A DNA stretch of 64,000 bases from an uncultured Alphaproteobacteria bacterium (GTDB lineage: Bacteria > Pseudomonadota > Alphaproteobacteria > HIMB59). The stretch covers positions 2,208 to 66,207 of the forward strand of contig CACKOX010000002.1 in NCBI GenBank assembly GCA_902601865.1, in the 5' to 3' direction. The notes under the pieces were generated by a model. That model did no database searches. It was given only the letters and a program-made list of their open reading frames with translations, and was not told where the DNA came from. Positions 28,356 to 39,172 of this stretch are shown in pieces (positions within the stretch are counted from its first letter, which is position 1; each line of letters begins with the position of its first letter). The translations under genes and the position numbers were made by a program.

Positions 28356-29421
28356 AAATTTTTTTATATTTATAATATATTTTCTATTTTTCCTTAATAA
28401 TTATTCTTATTCTTTAACCCTAAAAAAAACATCAGTAACCTTAGATAATCCATGGGGAATGAGCTGGATGGATGATAGTAATTTATTGATAACTCAAAAA
28501 TCAGGTGAAATTTTTAATGTTAATACAAATGATTATACAAAAACAAAAATTGATCACAAAATCCCTTTCATTCAACACGGACAGGGAGGGCTTTTAGATA
28601 TTACAAGTGAAAAAAATATTGTATGGGTTACCGGCTCTATCAAGAAAAAAGGCAAATACACAACAGCTATTTATCAAGCTGAATTTAAAAATGATAAACT
28701 TATAAATGAGAAGCTAATTTATGAAGCCATTCCTTATTTCGATAATGGCAAACATTTTGGTTCAAGAATAGAAATTTTTGATGATTATTTATTTATTAGT
28801 ATTGGTGAAAGAGGAAAAGGGATGATAGCCCAAGACCCCACAAACTCTATAGGATCAATAATTAGAATTCACAAAAATGGTGAATACCCTGAAGACAATC
28901 CTTATTTAACAAAAAAAGAGTGGGTACCTGAATTATTCCAAATTGGTGTAAGAAACCCTCAAGGAATGACATTGGATCCTCAAACAAAATCTATTTATAT
29001 ATCCAATCACGGACCCAAAGGAGGTGACTTCATTGGAAAAGTTGTCAGCGGATCTAATTATGGTTGGAAAAAAATAGGATGGGGAGGCACAAATTACTCT
29101 GGTACAAAAATTGGTGATGGCAACGCTTGGGAACCTGGTTTCTTAAAACCAGACTTTATATGGGTTCCGTCTATCGCAGTGAGTGGTATTAAATTTTATG
29201 AAGGTGATGCTTTTCCGCAGTGGAAAGACTCACTTTTAGTTTCCTCTCTAAAATACAAATATCTATCTGTATTACATAGAAAAAATAATGAATTTGTCGA
29301 AGAGGAAGTCATATTCAAAGATAAAATTGGAAGAGTCAGAGATATAGAAATCGATCAATCAGGTAATATATATATTATTGCTGATGAAACAGACTCAAAT
29401 TTATTTATTTTAAAACCTTAA
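28333..29421 (+). CDS. PQQ-dependent aldose sugar dehydrogenase (GSDH/YliI-like)
   Basis: Signal peptide; GQGGLLD, HFGSRI, GVRNPQG, HGPKGGD, GRVRD. Confidence 0.88.
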   Translation: MKIINLSKNFFIFIIYFLFFLNNYSYSLTLKKTSVTLDNPWGMSWMDDSNLLITQKSGEIFNVNTNDYTKTKIDHKIPFIQHGQGGLLDITSEKNIVWVTGSIKKKGKYTTAIYQAEFKNDKLINEKLIYEAIPYFDNGKHFGSRIEIFDDYLFISIGERGKGMIAQDPTNSIGSIIRIHKNGEYPEDNPYLTKKEWVPELFQIGVRNPQGMTLDPQTKSIYISNHGPKGGDFIGKVVSGSNYGWKKIGWGGTNYSGTKIGDGNAWEPGFLKPDFIWVPSIAVSGIKFYEGDAFPQWKDSLLVSSLKYKYLSVLHRKNNEFVEEEVIFKDKIGRVRDIEIDQSGNIYIIADETDSNLFILKP

Positions 29422-29441
29422 CTTTAATTTATGTTCGTCTT

Positions 29442-29744
29442 GTGAGAAAAATATTTTTATTAATTTTGTTATTTTTTTATAACAATCTTTTTGCTTACAA
29501 TGAGGATGAAATAATTTGTGTTGCAACTTATGAGCTAGCAATAGATTTTTTTATTCAAATGAAAGATGAAAAAACCTCTCAAGACATTTTTTTAAGAAAG
29601 CAAGAACTCTTAAATAAATATGAAGAGGGACACTTCCCTTTAGAAGACATTGAATTTATGAGGACAGAAATACATTATGCTTGGTCAAATAACTTTGATT
29701 TTCTTCCACCAATTTTAGAAAACTGTATAAAGAATGTTAAATAA
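29442..29744 (+). CDS. Small secreted hypothetical protein (2 Cys)
   Basis: Signal-peptide-like N-terminus; fills the gap in a co-oriented run. Confidence 0.6.
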   Translation: MRKIFLLILLFFYNNLFAYNEDEIICVATYELAIDFFIQMKDEKTSQDIFLRKQELLNKYEEGHFPLEDIEFMRTEIHYAWSNNFDFLPPILENCIKNVK

Positions 29745-29761
29745 CTTTGAAACAAAAAAAA

Positions 29762-30634
29762 ATGAATAGCAAAAATATCTCAACAGCTCTTATATGTAAA
29801 AATATACTTGGAGAAAGTTGTTTTTGGGATCCGAGATTTAATTCATTAATTTGGACAGATATTGAAGGTAAGAAAATTTGGAAACTTGATAACAAAAGTC
29901 AAAGTTTTACATTTGATTTACCAGACAGAGCAGGTTTTATATTACCTAGAAAGAAAGAAGGATTTGTTATCGGTTTTCCTAAACATATTGCTATTTCAAA
30001 CCAAGACTTTTCTTCTTTTGAAAAAATATGTGATGTTGAAATTAGTATAAAACAAACTCGTATTAATGATGCAAAAGTTGATCCTTACGGTGGAATTGTA
30101 TTTGGCACTTATAATGAGGATCCAGATAAAATAAATAGAAAGCCCATTGCAAATCTATATAGATTAGCTCCAGATCTGTCTTTAACTCATCTTTTGTCAA
30201 ATATTACTGTTTCAAATGGCATAGCCTTTTCTCAAAATGAAAATGTTATGTACTTCACAGATACACCAACTGGTTTAATAAGAAAATTTGAGTTCACCCA
30301 TAAATTTAAAAAATTACAAGAATTAGAGTCAAATATGACATTCAATGATGTTGGAGAACCAGACGGAGCCACTGTAGACATAAATAATAATTATTGGTCA
30401 GCAAGGGTTAGGGGAAAATGTATTATTTGTATAAATACAAAAAATGGAAAAATCATTGAAAAAATTGACCTTCCTACTAATACGCCAACTTGTGTAACGT
30501 TTGGGGACTCTGATCTATCAAGTTTATATGTGACTTCCCTTAGAGCAGATCCAGTTAACGATGCTGCTGGTGGTAATCTTCATAAAATTAAAACTGAAAC
30601 AAAAGGATTTAAGCAGCTTTTAACCGATATTTGA
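29762..30634 (+). CDS. SMP-30/gluconolactonase/LRE family lactonase
   Basis: LGESCFWD, RINDAKVD, SNGIAFS, PDGATVD, TCVTFG; ATG 29762 preferred over TTG 29747. Confidence 0.9.
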   Translation: MNSKNISTALICKNILGESCFWDPRFNSLIWTDIEGKKIWKLDNKSQSFTFDLPDRAGFILPRKKEGFVIGFPKHIAISNQDFSSFEKICDVEISIKQTRINDAKVDPYGGIVFGTYNEDPDKINRKPIANLYRLAPDLSLTHLLSNITVSNGIAFSQNENVMYFTDTPTGLIRKFEFTHKFKKLQELESNMTFNDVGEPDGATVDINNNYWSARVRGKCIICINTKNGKIIEKIDLPTNTPTCVTFGDSDLSSLYVTSLRADPVNDAAGGNLHKIKTETKGFKQLLTDI

Positions 30635-30637
30635 CTC

Positions 30638-31600
30638 TTATAAATACTTCTTATTAACTAAGTTTTCTTTATTTAGTTCATTCATATTTTTTAAAAAATA
30701 AACAATATTTTGCGATGCCTCTAGTGACATTCTCTCTCGACACTCCAACGTTAACGCAGCATTGTGAGGAGTTAATAAAATATTATCTAATTTAAAAAAA
30801 GGATGATTGGGCTCAGGTGGCTCAGATGTATAAACATCCATACCAGCTCCCTGAATTTTCTTTACTTTTAAAGCTTGATACAAATCATCTTCATTAACGA
30901 TACCTCCTCTTGATGTATTCACAAGAACGGTATTTTTTTTCATAAGATTTAATTCTGACTTAGAAATAAAGTTTGTTGTATTTTCGTTTAATGGTAAATG
31001 GATAGTGATAAAGTCCGCTAGAGCCAAACCCTCATTTTTTTCAATTGGGATACATTTGCTTTTTTCTATAGAGTCACTATCTAAAAATGGATCGTAAACA
31101 TATACTTCCATATCAAACCCTAGACACCTTTTTGCAACTTCTTTCCCTATTCTTCCAAAACCTATAATAAGAACTTTTTTTTTATATAATTCAAAAAAGT
31201 CAGGTAACTGAGATCTCTTATCAAAATTTCCCTCTTTTACTAACCTATCTGATAAAGAAAGATTTTTAGTTAAATAAATAAAAAATGACATGACATGTTC
31301 AGAAACACTTGCAGCATTAGAGGTTGAGGTGATACCAAGAGCAATTTTATTCTTGTTAAGAAAATCTAAGTCAACATTATCATAGCCAACACCATGCCTT
31401 GAAATAATTTTTAGATTATCGCAATGTTGTAAAATATCTTGATCTAGCTTTGATGTTCTTAATAAAATTCCAACAACGCTTTTTAAACTTTCCTTTAAGC
31501 TTTGAATTTCAAAATTTTCTACTTCAAAGACCTCGAATTCGTTGTCTTTCAAAAACTCTAAGCCCTTTGGGTGAACTGTACCTAGAATAGCAATTTTCAT
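30638..31600 (-). CDS. D-isomer-specific 2-hydroxyacid dehydrogenase (SerA-like)
   Basis: HGVGYDNVD, GFGRIG, NTSRG, DV...EP, TPHNA. Confidence 0.9.
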   Translation of the reverse strand: MKIAILGTVHPKGLEFLKDNEFEVFEVENFEIQSLKESLKSVVGILLRTSKLDQDILQHCDNLKIISRHGVGYDNVDLDFLNKNKIALGITSTSNAASVSEHVMSFFIYLTKNLSLSDRLVKEGNFDKRSQLPDFFELYKKKVLIIGFGRIGKEVAKRCLGFDMEVYVYDPFLDSDSIEKSKCIPIEKNEGLALADFITIHLPLNENTTNFISKSELNLMKKNTVLVNTSRGGIVNEDDLYQALKVKKIQGAGMDVYTSEPPEPNHPFFKLDNILLTPHNAALTLECRERMSLEASQNIVYFLKNMNELNKENLVNKKYL

Positions 31601-31711
31601 TTTACCTCTTGATTATTTGTTATGTCAAAAAAGTATGAAATATAAAAGGTTTTTCATTCAAATTATCTATCTATCGTGTAATATCTTATCGGTTAAGTTT
31701 TTGGAGGAATA

Positions 31712-33556
31712 ATGAAAACCATTAAATTGTCTTGTGCTCACGCACTTTTTAAATTTCTAATAGCGCAAAAAATTATAGTTGATGGTAAAAAGGCCCCTCT
31801 ATTTCCTGGAGCATTTGCTATTTATGGTCATGGAAATGTTGCATGCTTAGGTCAAGCAATGGAAGAGTTTCAATCAGATCTTCCTGGATACAGAGGCCAT
31901 CATGAACAAAGTATGGCCTTAACTGGCATCGGTTATACTAGAGCGATGAGAAGAAAACAAATTTTTATTGCCACCTCATCAGTTGGTCCTGGTGCAACTA
32001 ATATGGTTACAGCCGCTGCTGTAGCCTTAAGTAATCGCCTCCCAATACTGCTCCTCCCTGGTGATACTTTTGCCAGTCGCTTTCCTGACCCAGTATTACA
32101 ACAAGTCGAAAATTTTAATTCCCCTATCGAAACTGCAAATGATGCTTTTAAGCCTGTCTCAAAATATTTTGACAGAATTACAAGACCTGAGCAAATTCTT
32201 GGCTCTCTTCCTCAAGCTATCCAAGTAATGCTTGATCCCTCTGATTGTGGACCAGCAACCATTGCAATGTCACAAGACGTTCAAGGAGAGTCATTTGATT
32301 TCCCTGAAATATTTTTTGAAGAAAAAATTCACGAGATAAGAAGAATTCATCCTGATCCAAGCCAAGTGAATCAAGCAGCTGAAATACTTAAAAACTCTAA
32401 ACAACCTATAATTATCTCAGGAGGAGGAGTTCTTTACTCTGAAGCAGAGCAAGAACTTTCAAACTTTGCAAAAAAACACAACATCCCAGTTACTTCAACA
32501 GTAATGGGTATCGGATGTATGACTAAAGATGACCCTTATTATATTAGTACTGTAGGAGCTTTGGGACAGGGCTCTTCAAATAATCTTTCAAAAGATACAG
32601 ATCTAGCCCTTGCTATAGGAACAAAACTTGCAGATTTCACAACAGGCTCTTGGGCAAATTTTGAAAACCCTAATTTCAAATTAGTTTCCGTCAATACAGC
32701 TCGTTATGATACGACCAAGCATTTAGCCACTCCAGTTATAAGTGATGCCAAAGTTGGGCTTCAGAAAATATCAGAAGCTTTAGGTGACTGGAGAGCCCCT
32801 GATCCCTGGTACCAAAGAGCAATCAAGGAGAGGGATGAATGGGACGCATACGTTGAAAAACAAAGCGGCCCTACTAATCAAGAAGAGCCCTCATATGCTC
32901 ACGCAGTAGGGGCGGTTTATAGAAATTCAGATCCAAGTGACATTGTTGTTACAGCTGCAGGAGGCCTTGTAGGAGAGGTTGTTCAAGTTTGGAAACCAAG
33001 GCAACTTAATACTTTTGAGACGGAATGGGGTTTTAGTTGCATGGGATATGAAATATCAGGAGCACTTGGAATTAAGATGGCTAAACCTGATCAAGATGTG
33101 GTGGTCTTTGTTGGAGATGGGTCTTATTTATTGAACAACAGTGATATCTACAGCTCAGTTCTTTATGATCAAAAACTTATTATTATTGTTTGTGATAACG
33201 GTGGGCATATGGTCATCAATCGCCTTCAACTAGCCAAAGGGGGCAAGGAGTATATTTGCAATCTTCGTGCTGCGAGAGCAACAAATTTACAATTTGTAGA
33301 CTTTGAAAATCATGCAAAAAGTATGGGAGCTAATGCTGAAACAGTGAGCTCTACCTCAGAGCTAGAAGCAGCTTTTAAAAGGGCCAAAGACTCAGAAAAA
33401 ACATATGTCATTGCAATTAAAACTCATGGTTATGAATGGTTAGAGGGAACAGCCTTTTGGGAGAGCCCAACACTGCAAGACCCAATTACTGAAGATAATA
33501 AAAAAGCTTTAAATGACTTTGAGTCTGGAAAGAATAAACAGCGCAAAGGCGTCTAA
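31712..33556 (+). CDS. iolD: 3D-(3,5/4)-trihydroxycyclohexane-1,2-dione acylhydrolase
   Basis: AIYGHGNV, EQSMA, SSVGPGATN, PDPVLQQ, GFSCMGYE, GDGSYL, INRLQ. Confidence 0.9.
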   Translation: MKTIKLSCAHALFKFLIAQKIIVDGKKAPLFPGAFAIYGHGNVACLGQAMEEFQSDLPGYRGHHEQSMALTGIGYTRAMRRKQIFIATSSVGPGATNMVTAAAVALSNRLPILLLPGDTFASRFPDPVLQQVENFNSPIETANDAFKPVSKYFDRITRPEQILGSLPQAIQVMLDPSDCGPATIAMSQDVQGESFDFPEIFFEEKIHEIRRIHPDPSQVNQAAEILKNSKQPIIISGGGVLYSEAEQELSNFAKKHNIPVTSTVMGIGCMTKDDPYYISTVGALGQGSSNNLSKDTDLALAIGTKLADFTTGSWANFENPNFKLVSVNTARYDTTKHLATPVISDAKVGLQKISEALGDWRAPDPWYQRAIKERDEWDAYVEKQSGPTNQEEPSYAHAVGAVYRNSDPSDIVVTAAGGLVGEVVQVWKPRQLNTFETEWGFSCMGYEISGALGIKMAKPDQDVVVFVGDGSYLLNNSDIYSSVLYDQKLIIIVCDNGGHMVINRLQLAKGGKEYICNLRAARATNLQFVDFENHAKSMGANAETVSSTSELEAAFKRAKDSEKTYVIAIKTHGYEWLEGTAFWESPTLQDPITEDNKKALNDFESGKNKQRKGV

Positions 33557-33560
33557 TTTT

Positions 33561-34295
33561 TTGATTTCAAAAAAAAAAATTGTTTTAATAACTGGAGCTG
33601 AGTCAGGTATTGGAAAAAGCACTACAAAAGTATTTCTAGATAATGGCTACAGAGTTATAGGCACTTGTCTTAAAAATAATAAGAACAAAGATATCAAAGG
33701 TATTGAATATCATAAGATTAATATCACTAATAATTTAGACTGGGAAAATCTGGCTTCTTATATCAAAGATAAATATAAAAAAATTGATGTTTTAGTTAAT
33801 AGTGCTGGTGTCAGATTAAGTGGAAATTTAGAGACAACCACAATGAATGACTGGTCTTATCACCTAAATAATAACGTTACTGGTACCTTTCTTTCATGTA
33901 AGCATATTCTCCCCTTCCTAAAAAAAGCAAAAAATTCAACTATTGTTAACTTGGCCTCAATAAATAGCGTTCGTGGAGTAAAAAATATGTTGGCTTATGC
34001 AACATCCAAGAGTGCAATAATATCTTTTACTGCCTCTCTTGCTCTCGATTTATCCAAACATAATATTAGAGTTAATGCAGTAGCCCCAGGTGCTATAGAT
34101 ACGCCAATGTTAGCTTCCTTTAAAAAAGATTTGTCATCTAAAGAGTATAAAAAAAGAATGAGAGAAAACCATCCTATTGGAAGAATTGGCAAACCCAAAG
34201 AGGTTGCGAGTGTAATTTATTTTTTAGCTAGTGAAGCATCCTCATTTATGACAGGACTTACAATACCTGTCGATGGTGGTAGGAGCATAAGATAA
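33561..34295 (+). CDS. Short-chain dehydrogenase/reductase
   Basis: TGAESGIG, NSAG, YATSK, VAPG, VDGG; TTG 33561 preferred over the overlapping ATG 33513. Confidence 0.9.
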   Translation: MISKKKIVLITGAESGIGKSTTKVFLDNGYRVIGTCLKNNKNKDIKGIEYHKINITNNLDWENLASYIKDKYKKIDVLVNSAGVRLSGNLETTTMNDWSYHLNNNVTGTFLSCKHILPFLKKAKNSTIVNLASINSVRGVKNMLAYATSKSAIISFTASLALDLSKHNIRVNAVAPGAIDTPMLASFKKDLSSKEYKKRMRENHPIGRIGKPKEVASVIYFLASEASSFMTGLTIPVDGGRSIR

Positions 34296-34300
34296 GAAAT

Positions 34301-35629
34301 TTAATTTCTATTTAAAAATTTTGAAAATTCATAATAAGATTTTTTTGGAATTCTTTTAAAATTTTCAAAATCTACAAAAACTAAGCCAAATCTTTTCGAG
34401 TACCCAAACGCCCACTCGTAATTATCAAGTAATGACCAGGCAAAATATCCTTTAACATTGAAACCCTCTTTTAAACAATTTAAAATTTCTTGAAGATGTA
34501 AATGAAAATATTCAACTCGGTCTAAATCATTAACCTCATTCCTAGCATTCAACTCATCATTATTGGCCATTCCATTTTCAGTAATATAAATAGGAATTTG
34601 ATTACTGTACTCGTTAGATATTCGTTTTATAAAATAACTCAAACCTGTTGGGTAAAACTCCCAATCCATATCAGTTTTTTTTAATGACCCCCTGAGTGTT
34701 TCATAATCAATACCATCCTCAGATTTTTTATGTTTGATAATTGACCTCGTATAATAATTGAGGCCAACCCACTCTAAGGGATGAGAGATTATTTTTAAAT
34801 CCTCATTAAAATTTTTTGATAAATTATTTCCTAAAACCTCTAATGCTAATTTTGGATAGCTCCCTTTAAAAATAGCATCGGAAAACCATCGATTGTGGAT
34901 TTCATCAAATAATTTTAATGCATTTAAGTTATTGGGTTCTTGATTAAAAGGCTCCGCGTACTGATTATTTAGCACTATTCCAATTTTATGAGGTCTATTT
35001 GATTTCAAGGCTTGCAGAGACAAACCATGTGCTAATAAAATATTATGCATAGTTAACACGGCTGACTTTAGGTCTTTTTTGCCAGGAGCATGTTCTCCTA
35101 AATAATGGCTCAGCCATGAGACACACCATGGTTCATTAATAGTTGCAACTTTTTCAAATTTATCTCCAAACTGCTGAGAGACAAAATATGAGTAATCAGC
35201 AAAATGTTTACAGGTATCTTGATTTTCCCAACCACCCATTCTCGAGAAACGAATTGGCAAATCCCAATGATAAAGAGTAGGAAAAGGCTCTATGTCATTG
35301 TTTAAAATCTCATCCAAAAGTCGATTATAGAAATCGACACCTTCCTCATTAAAATTAGAATTATTTTCAGGAAACAATCTTGGCCAGGCAAAAGAAAAAC
35401 GATAGGCTTTAAATCCAAGGTCTTTTATGAGCTTAATATCTTCTCTAAAATACTCATAATGATTACAAGCTTCTAAACCATCAATGCCTTTTAATTTTTT
35501 TTGGGCGAATTCATCCCAAATAGATTTCCCACATCTTCCATAACTATTACCTTCTATTTGATACGATGAAGTGGCGGCACCAAAGGTGAAATGATTTGGA
35601 AAATCCTTTAGAACAGAAAGGTTATCCAA
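34301..35629 (-). CDS. GH1 beta-glucosidase/beta-galactosidase
   Basis: FGAATSSYQIEG, TLYHWD, TINEP, YITENG, WSLLDNYEW. Confidence 0.95.
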   Translation of the reverse strand: MDNLSVLKDFPNHFTFGAATSSYQIEGNSYGRCGKSIWDEFAQKKLKGIDGLEACNHYEYFREDIKLIKDLGFKAYRFSFAWPRLFPENNSNFNEEGVDFYNRLLDEILNNDIEPFPTLYHWDLPIRFSRMGGWENQDTCKHFADYSYFVSQQFGDKFEKVATINEPWCVSWLSHYLGEHAPGKKDLKSAVLTMHNILLAHGLSLQALKSNRPHKIGIVLNNQYAEPFNQEPNNLNALKLFDEIHNRWFSDAIFKGSYPKLALEVLGNNLSKNFNEDLKIISHPLEWVGLNYYTRSIIKHKKSEDGIDYETLRGSLKKTDMDWEFYPTGLSYFIKRISNEYSNQIPIYITENGMANNDELNARNEVNDLDRVEYFHLHLQEILNCLKEGFNVKGYFAWSLLDNYEWAFGYSKRFGLVFVDFENFKRIPKKSYYEFSKFLNRN

Positions 35630-36698
35630 TTATATTAGTATTTTGAGAATTGAATAAATTAGATCTATCTAAATCAAATTTCACTTTAATTGTATCGCCA
35701 ACTTTAACAGGACTATCTCCAGGTGCTTCAACAACAACTGGCTCATTATCATGTTCTAAATATATAAAAGTATTCGAACCTAATTTTTCAACAACAAACG
35801 CTTTGCTTTCCCAGTCATGATCTGACTCAGCTGTTATATGAATATCCTCTGGTCGTATACCAAATGTGACTTTTTCATCTGATTGGCTTGTTGTCTTTTT
35901 TGGTAGAACTAAGTTAGTCCCGAGAGCTTCTACCTCTGTGCTTTCACTTGAAGACGATTTGTATTGAGCAGGGATAAAATTCATTTTTGGCGAACCAATA
36001 AATCCTGCTACAAATAAATTACTTGGTTTATTGTAAAGTTCTATGGGATCCCCTTGTTGAGAAATCTCTCCTTGATCTAAGACTACAATTTCATTAGAGA
36101 GAGTCATTGCTTCAGTTTGATCATGGGTAACATAAACCATTGTGGTATTTAGCTGCTCATGTAGTTTTGCTAATTCAATTCTCATTTGAACTCTCAAAGC
36201 TGCGTCTAGGTTAGATAGAGGCTCATCAAAAAGAAAAACCTGAGGTTTTCTTGTAATAGCTCTTCCAATAGCTACACGTTGACGTTGACCTCCCGATAAT
36301 TGTTTGGGTTTACGCTCTAAATAATCTTGAATTTGTAATGTTTTTGCAGCTTCTAAAACTCTTTCATTGATTTCTTCTTTAGATCTTTTTTCTAATTTCA
36401 GGCCAAACGCCATATTGTCAAAAACTGTCATGTGGGGATACAAAGCATAAGATTGAAAAACCATAGCTATATTTCTATCTTTAGGAGATAAATCATTAAC
36501 TTCCCTGTCATCTATTGAGATAGTTCCTGAGTTTATTTCCTCTAAACCTGCTATCATTCTCAATAATGTTGATTTACCGCATCCAGAGGGTCCGACTAAA
36601 GTGGTGAAAGATTGATCTTTTATATCGAGTGAAAAATCCTTTATAACATGGGTTTTACCATAGTATTTATTAAGAGATTTAATATTAATTGATGACAT
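35622..36698 (-). CDS. Sugar ABC transporter ATPase (AglK/MalK-like)
   Basis: GPSGCGKS, LSGGQRQR, DEPLSNLD. Confidence 0.95.
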   Translation of the reverse strand: MSSINIKSLNKYYGKTHVIKDFSLDIKDQSFTTLVGPSGCGKSTLLRMIAGLEEINSGTISIDDREVNDLSPKDRNIAMVFQSYALYPHMTVFDNMAFGLKLEKRSKEEINERVLEAAKTLQIQDYLERKPKQLSGGQRQRVAIGRAITRKPQVFLFDEPLSNLDAALRVQMRIELAKLHEQLNTTMVYVTHDQTEAMTLSNEIVVLDQGEISQQGDPIELYNKPSNLFVAGFIGSPKMNFIPAQYKSSSSESTEVEALGTNLVLPKKTTSQSDEKVTFGIRPEDIHITAESDHDWESKAFVVEKLGSNTFIYLEHDNEPVVVEAPGDSPVKVGDTIKVKFDLDRSNLFNSQNTNIIG

Positions 36699-36719
36699 TT
36701 ATAACCATATTTTAAATTA

Positions 36720-38036
36720 TTATTTTAAATATCCTAAATATTCTTTTTGAAATTCTATCATTGTATCCATTAAAGAAGCTACTGAGTTTGGGTTTTCCAC
36801 AAGTGGGTCAGCCAAAAGAGCATGAATAGCAGTTTGTTTAGATTCATTTAATATTGCCTTTGTAGTCAATTGAATTGTTCCTACTTGCGCATTAAGAAGA
36901 GCACCAAAAGGCTCAGGATAATTATCTAATTTTTTACCATGAATTCCTGTTTTATTTATTATGGCAGGTACTTCAACAACAATATCATTTGGCAAACACT
37001 CAATGAAATTCTCATTCTTTATGTTTACGGCATGCTCTAACATATTTAAGTCTGCCACAATACTCTCAATAATTGGTATCGCTCTTTCATGAGGTTCAGG
37101 ATGACTCATATCAAAAAATTGCTCATAGCCATCGTTTGAAAAAAATGACAAACATCTTTTTTTATATTTATCATAAAAGTCTAAAATTCCATCATGGTCA
37201 GCAACACTATAAGCCCAAGACAAATATTCTCCTAAATGACTATCCGTTGTAATTGGCAAATACCCATACCTTTTAAATAATTCAAAAAATAAACCTCTCT
37301 CTGCACCGGCATTAGAAAAAAATCCTTCATGATCATTAACTAAATCAGAATAATAACCTTCAAAGTTTTTATGGATTAAGGGATATCCATCTTTACCAGA
37401 GTCTTTATAAGTTGCATGTAATAAAATACTAAAGTGATTTAATCCCCCAGCTTCAAATTGAATATTGTCTAAATCAGTTTCCATCAACGTAGGAAGCTGA
37501 CGGCTCATAGAAGCAATTTCATGACACAAGCCTGTAATTTTTAAATCTGGAAAACGCGTGGTTAAGGCATGGCATATACGTTGCATGGGATTTGAGTAAC
37601 TAAATATAAATGCCTCTGGACAAATTTCTTCAATATCCTCACAAATTTTTATAATGGCAGGTATTTGACGCATTGCATGAAATAGACCACCAGGTCCACC
37701 ATTTTCCCCATAGACCTGTTTGATGCCATATTGAAGTGGAACTTTCCAATCTTGCTCCCAAAGATCAAATCTACTCCCCACTTCTATTGATATAAGACAA
37801 AAATCAGCATTTTGAAGAGCCTCTGTTCGAGAGGTTGTCGATACTATATTAAAGTCCACGCCGAGCTTTTCTTTGAAAGAAAGTGCAATGTTATGGGTAT
37901 TTTTTAAGGTTTCAGAATTAATATCATGTAAGACCAATGTTGAGCCAGAGAGAATTTTAGATTTAAAAAAATCACCAACAATGCCTAGACCAAAGTTAGT
38001 ACTTCCAGCACCAATTATTACTATTCTATTACTCAT
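36720..38036 (-). CDS. GH4 NAD+/Mn2+-dependent glycosidase (alpha-galactosidase/alpha-glucosidase type)
   Basis: IIGAGS, GENGGPGG, YSNP, GLCHE, GLNHF, HLGEY. Confidence 0.9.
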   Translation of the reverse strand: MSNRIVIIGAGSTNFGLGIVGDFFKSKILSGSTLVLHDINSETLKNTHNIALSFKEKLGVDFNIVSTTSRTEALQNADFCLISIEVGSRFDLWEQDWKVPLQYGIKQVYGENGGPGGLFHAMRQIPAIIKICEDIEEICPEAFIFSYSNPMQRICHALTTRFPDLKITGLCHEIASMSRQLPTLMETDLDNIQFEAGGLNHFSILLHATYKDSGKDGYPLIHKNFEGYYSDLVNDHEGFFSNAGAERGLFFELFKRYGYLPITTDSHLGEYLSWAYSVADHDGILDFYDKYKKRCLSFFSNDGYEQFFDMSHPEPHERAIPIIESIVADLNMLEHAVNIKNENFIECLPNDIVVEVPAIINKTGIHGKKLDNYPEPFGALLNAQVGTIQLTTKAILNESKQTAIHALLADPLVENPNSVASLMDTMIEFQKEYLGYLK

Positions 38037-39172
38037 CCTTTTATAGATCCTGCTACCAATCCTCTTATAAAGTATCTTTGAAGAGAAAAGAAAATAAATA
38101 ATGGCACAGTCATTGAGACAAAAGCACCAGTTGTTAGTATCTCCCAGTTTTCCCCTCTCGACCCAAGAAGCTCTTTTAGTTTTGCTGTTAAGATAATTTC
38201 ACTTGGATGTTTATCTAAGAAGACTAAACCTACGAGCAAATCATTCCATACCCATAAAAATTGTAAAATAAAAATAGATGCGAATGAGGGTATTGATAAT
38301 GGAACTACAATTTTTATAAAAGTATCGTAATGCGTTGCCCCATCTACTCTAGCCGCCTCGATCATTTCACTTGGGAGTGTTTTTAAAAAATTCCATAACA
38401 AAAAAGTAGTTGAGGCGAGACCAAATCCAGTATGCGCCATCCAAATACCGGGAAAAGATTTTGCACTGACTCCAAACAATGCCCCAAAGTCATTATAAAT
38501 TGTTAAGACAGGTATTAGACACATCTGTAGGGGAACAACAAGTGAGGCAATTATTGTGGCTAATAAAATATCTCTCCCATAAAATTTCATCCAAGTAAGT
38601 GCGTATGCAAAATAAGAACATATAATTAGAGGTATTAGGGTTGCAGGGAGTGCAACTGCTAATGTATTTAAAAAAGCCTGCCCTAATCCTTCTTTTAGGA
38701 GTACCTCTTTATAATTATCAAGTGTAAAGCTAGGCGGGCTCTTAGCAGACACAAAAATCCTTTTACCTTTTTTCTTTTTAAATTCCTCTTTTGATTTCCA
38801 TACATAATCACCGTTTTCAAAAACAGTTATTTCTGTTTGATCTTTAAATAACGCAGTCTCGCCAACTTCGTATTCATCAATGTTTTTAGATGTTACTCCA
38901 AAACGAAAAATCTCTTTTTCTTGACCCCCATCGAATAAATTACTTTTAATAAAATAATAATTCCCGTCTTTGATTTGTGCGTCTTTACCTTCAGTCCGAT
39001 AAATCTCGTTAATTTCTGTGGTAGTAAAAGATGTCCACCAACCACTGATGGCCAGTACGTCCTTGTCTCTTAAAGAGCTGATAAATAATCCAAAAGTAGG
39101 AACAATCCATGCTACTACAAAAAAAAGTAATAAAAGTTGTGATAATACTGAAGTAAATGTAATTTTTTTCAT
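38033..39172 (-). CDS. aglG: Alpha-glucoside-type ABC permease (AglG-like)
   Basis: PTFGLFISSLR..SGWW, FTLDNY, EAARVDGA, QFLWVWNDLLV. Confidence 0.75.
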   Translation of the reverse strand: MKKITFTSVLSQLLLLFFVVAWIVPTFGLFISSLRDKDVLAISGWWTSFTTTEINEIYRTEGKDAQIKDGNYYFIKSNLFDGGQEKEIFRFGVTSKNIDEYEVGETALFKDQTEITVFENGDYVWKSKEEFKKKKGKRIFVSAKSPPSFTLDNYKEVLLKEGLGQAFLNTLAVALPATLIPLIICSYFAYALTWMKFYGRDILLATIIASLVVPLQMCLIPVLTIYNDFGALFGVSAKSFPGIWMAHTGFGLASTTFLLWNFLKTLPSEMIEAARVDGATHYDTFIKIVVPLSIPSFASIFILQFLWVWNDLLVGLVFLDKHPSEIILTAKLKELLGSRGENWEILTTGAFVSMTVPLFIFFSLQRYFIRGLVAGSIKG

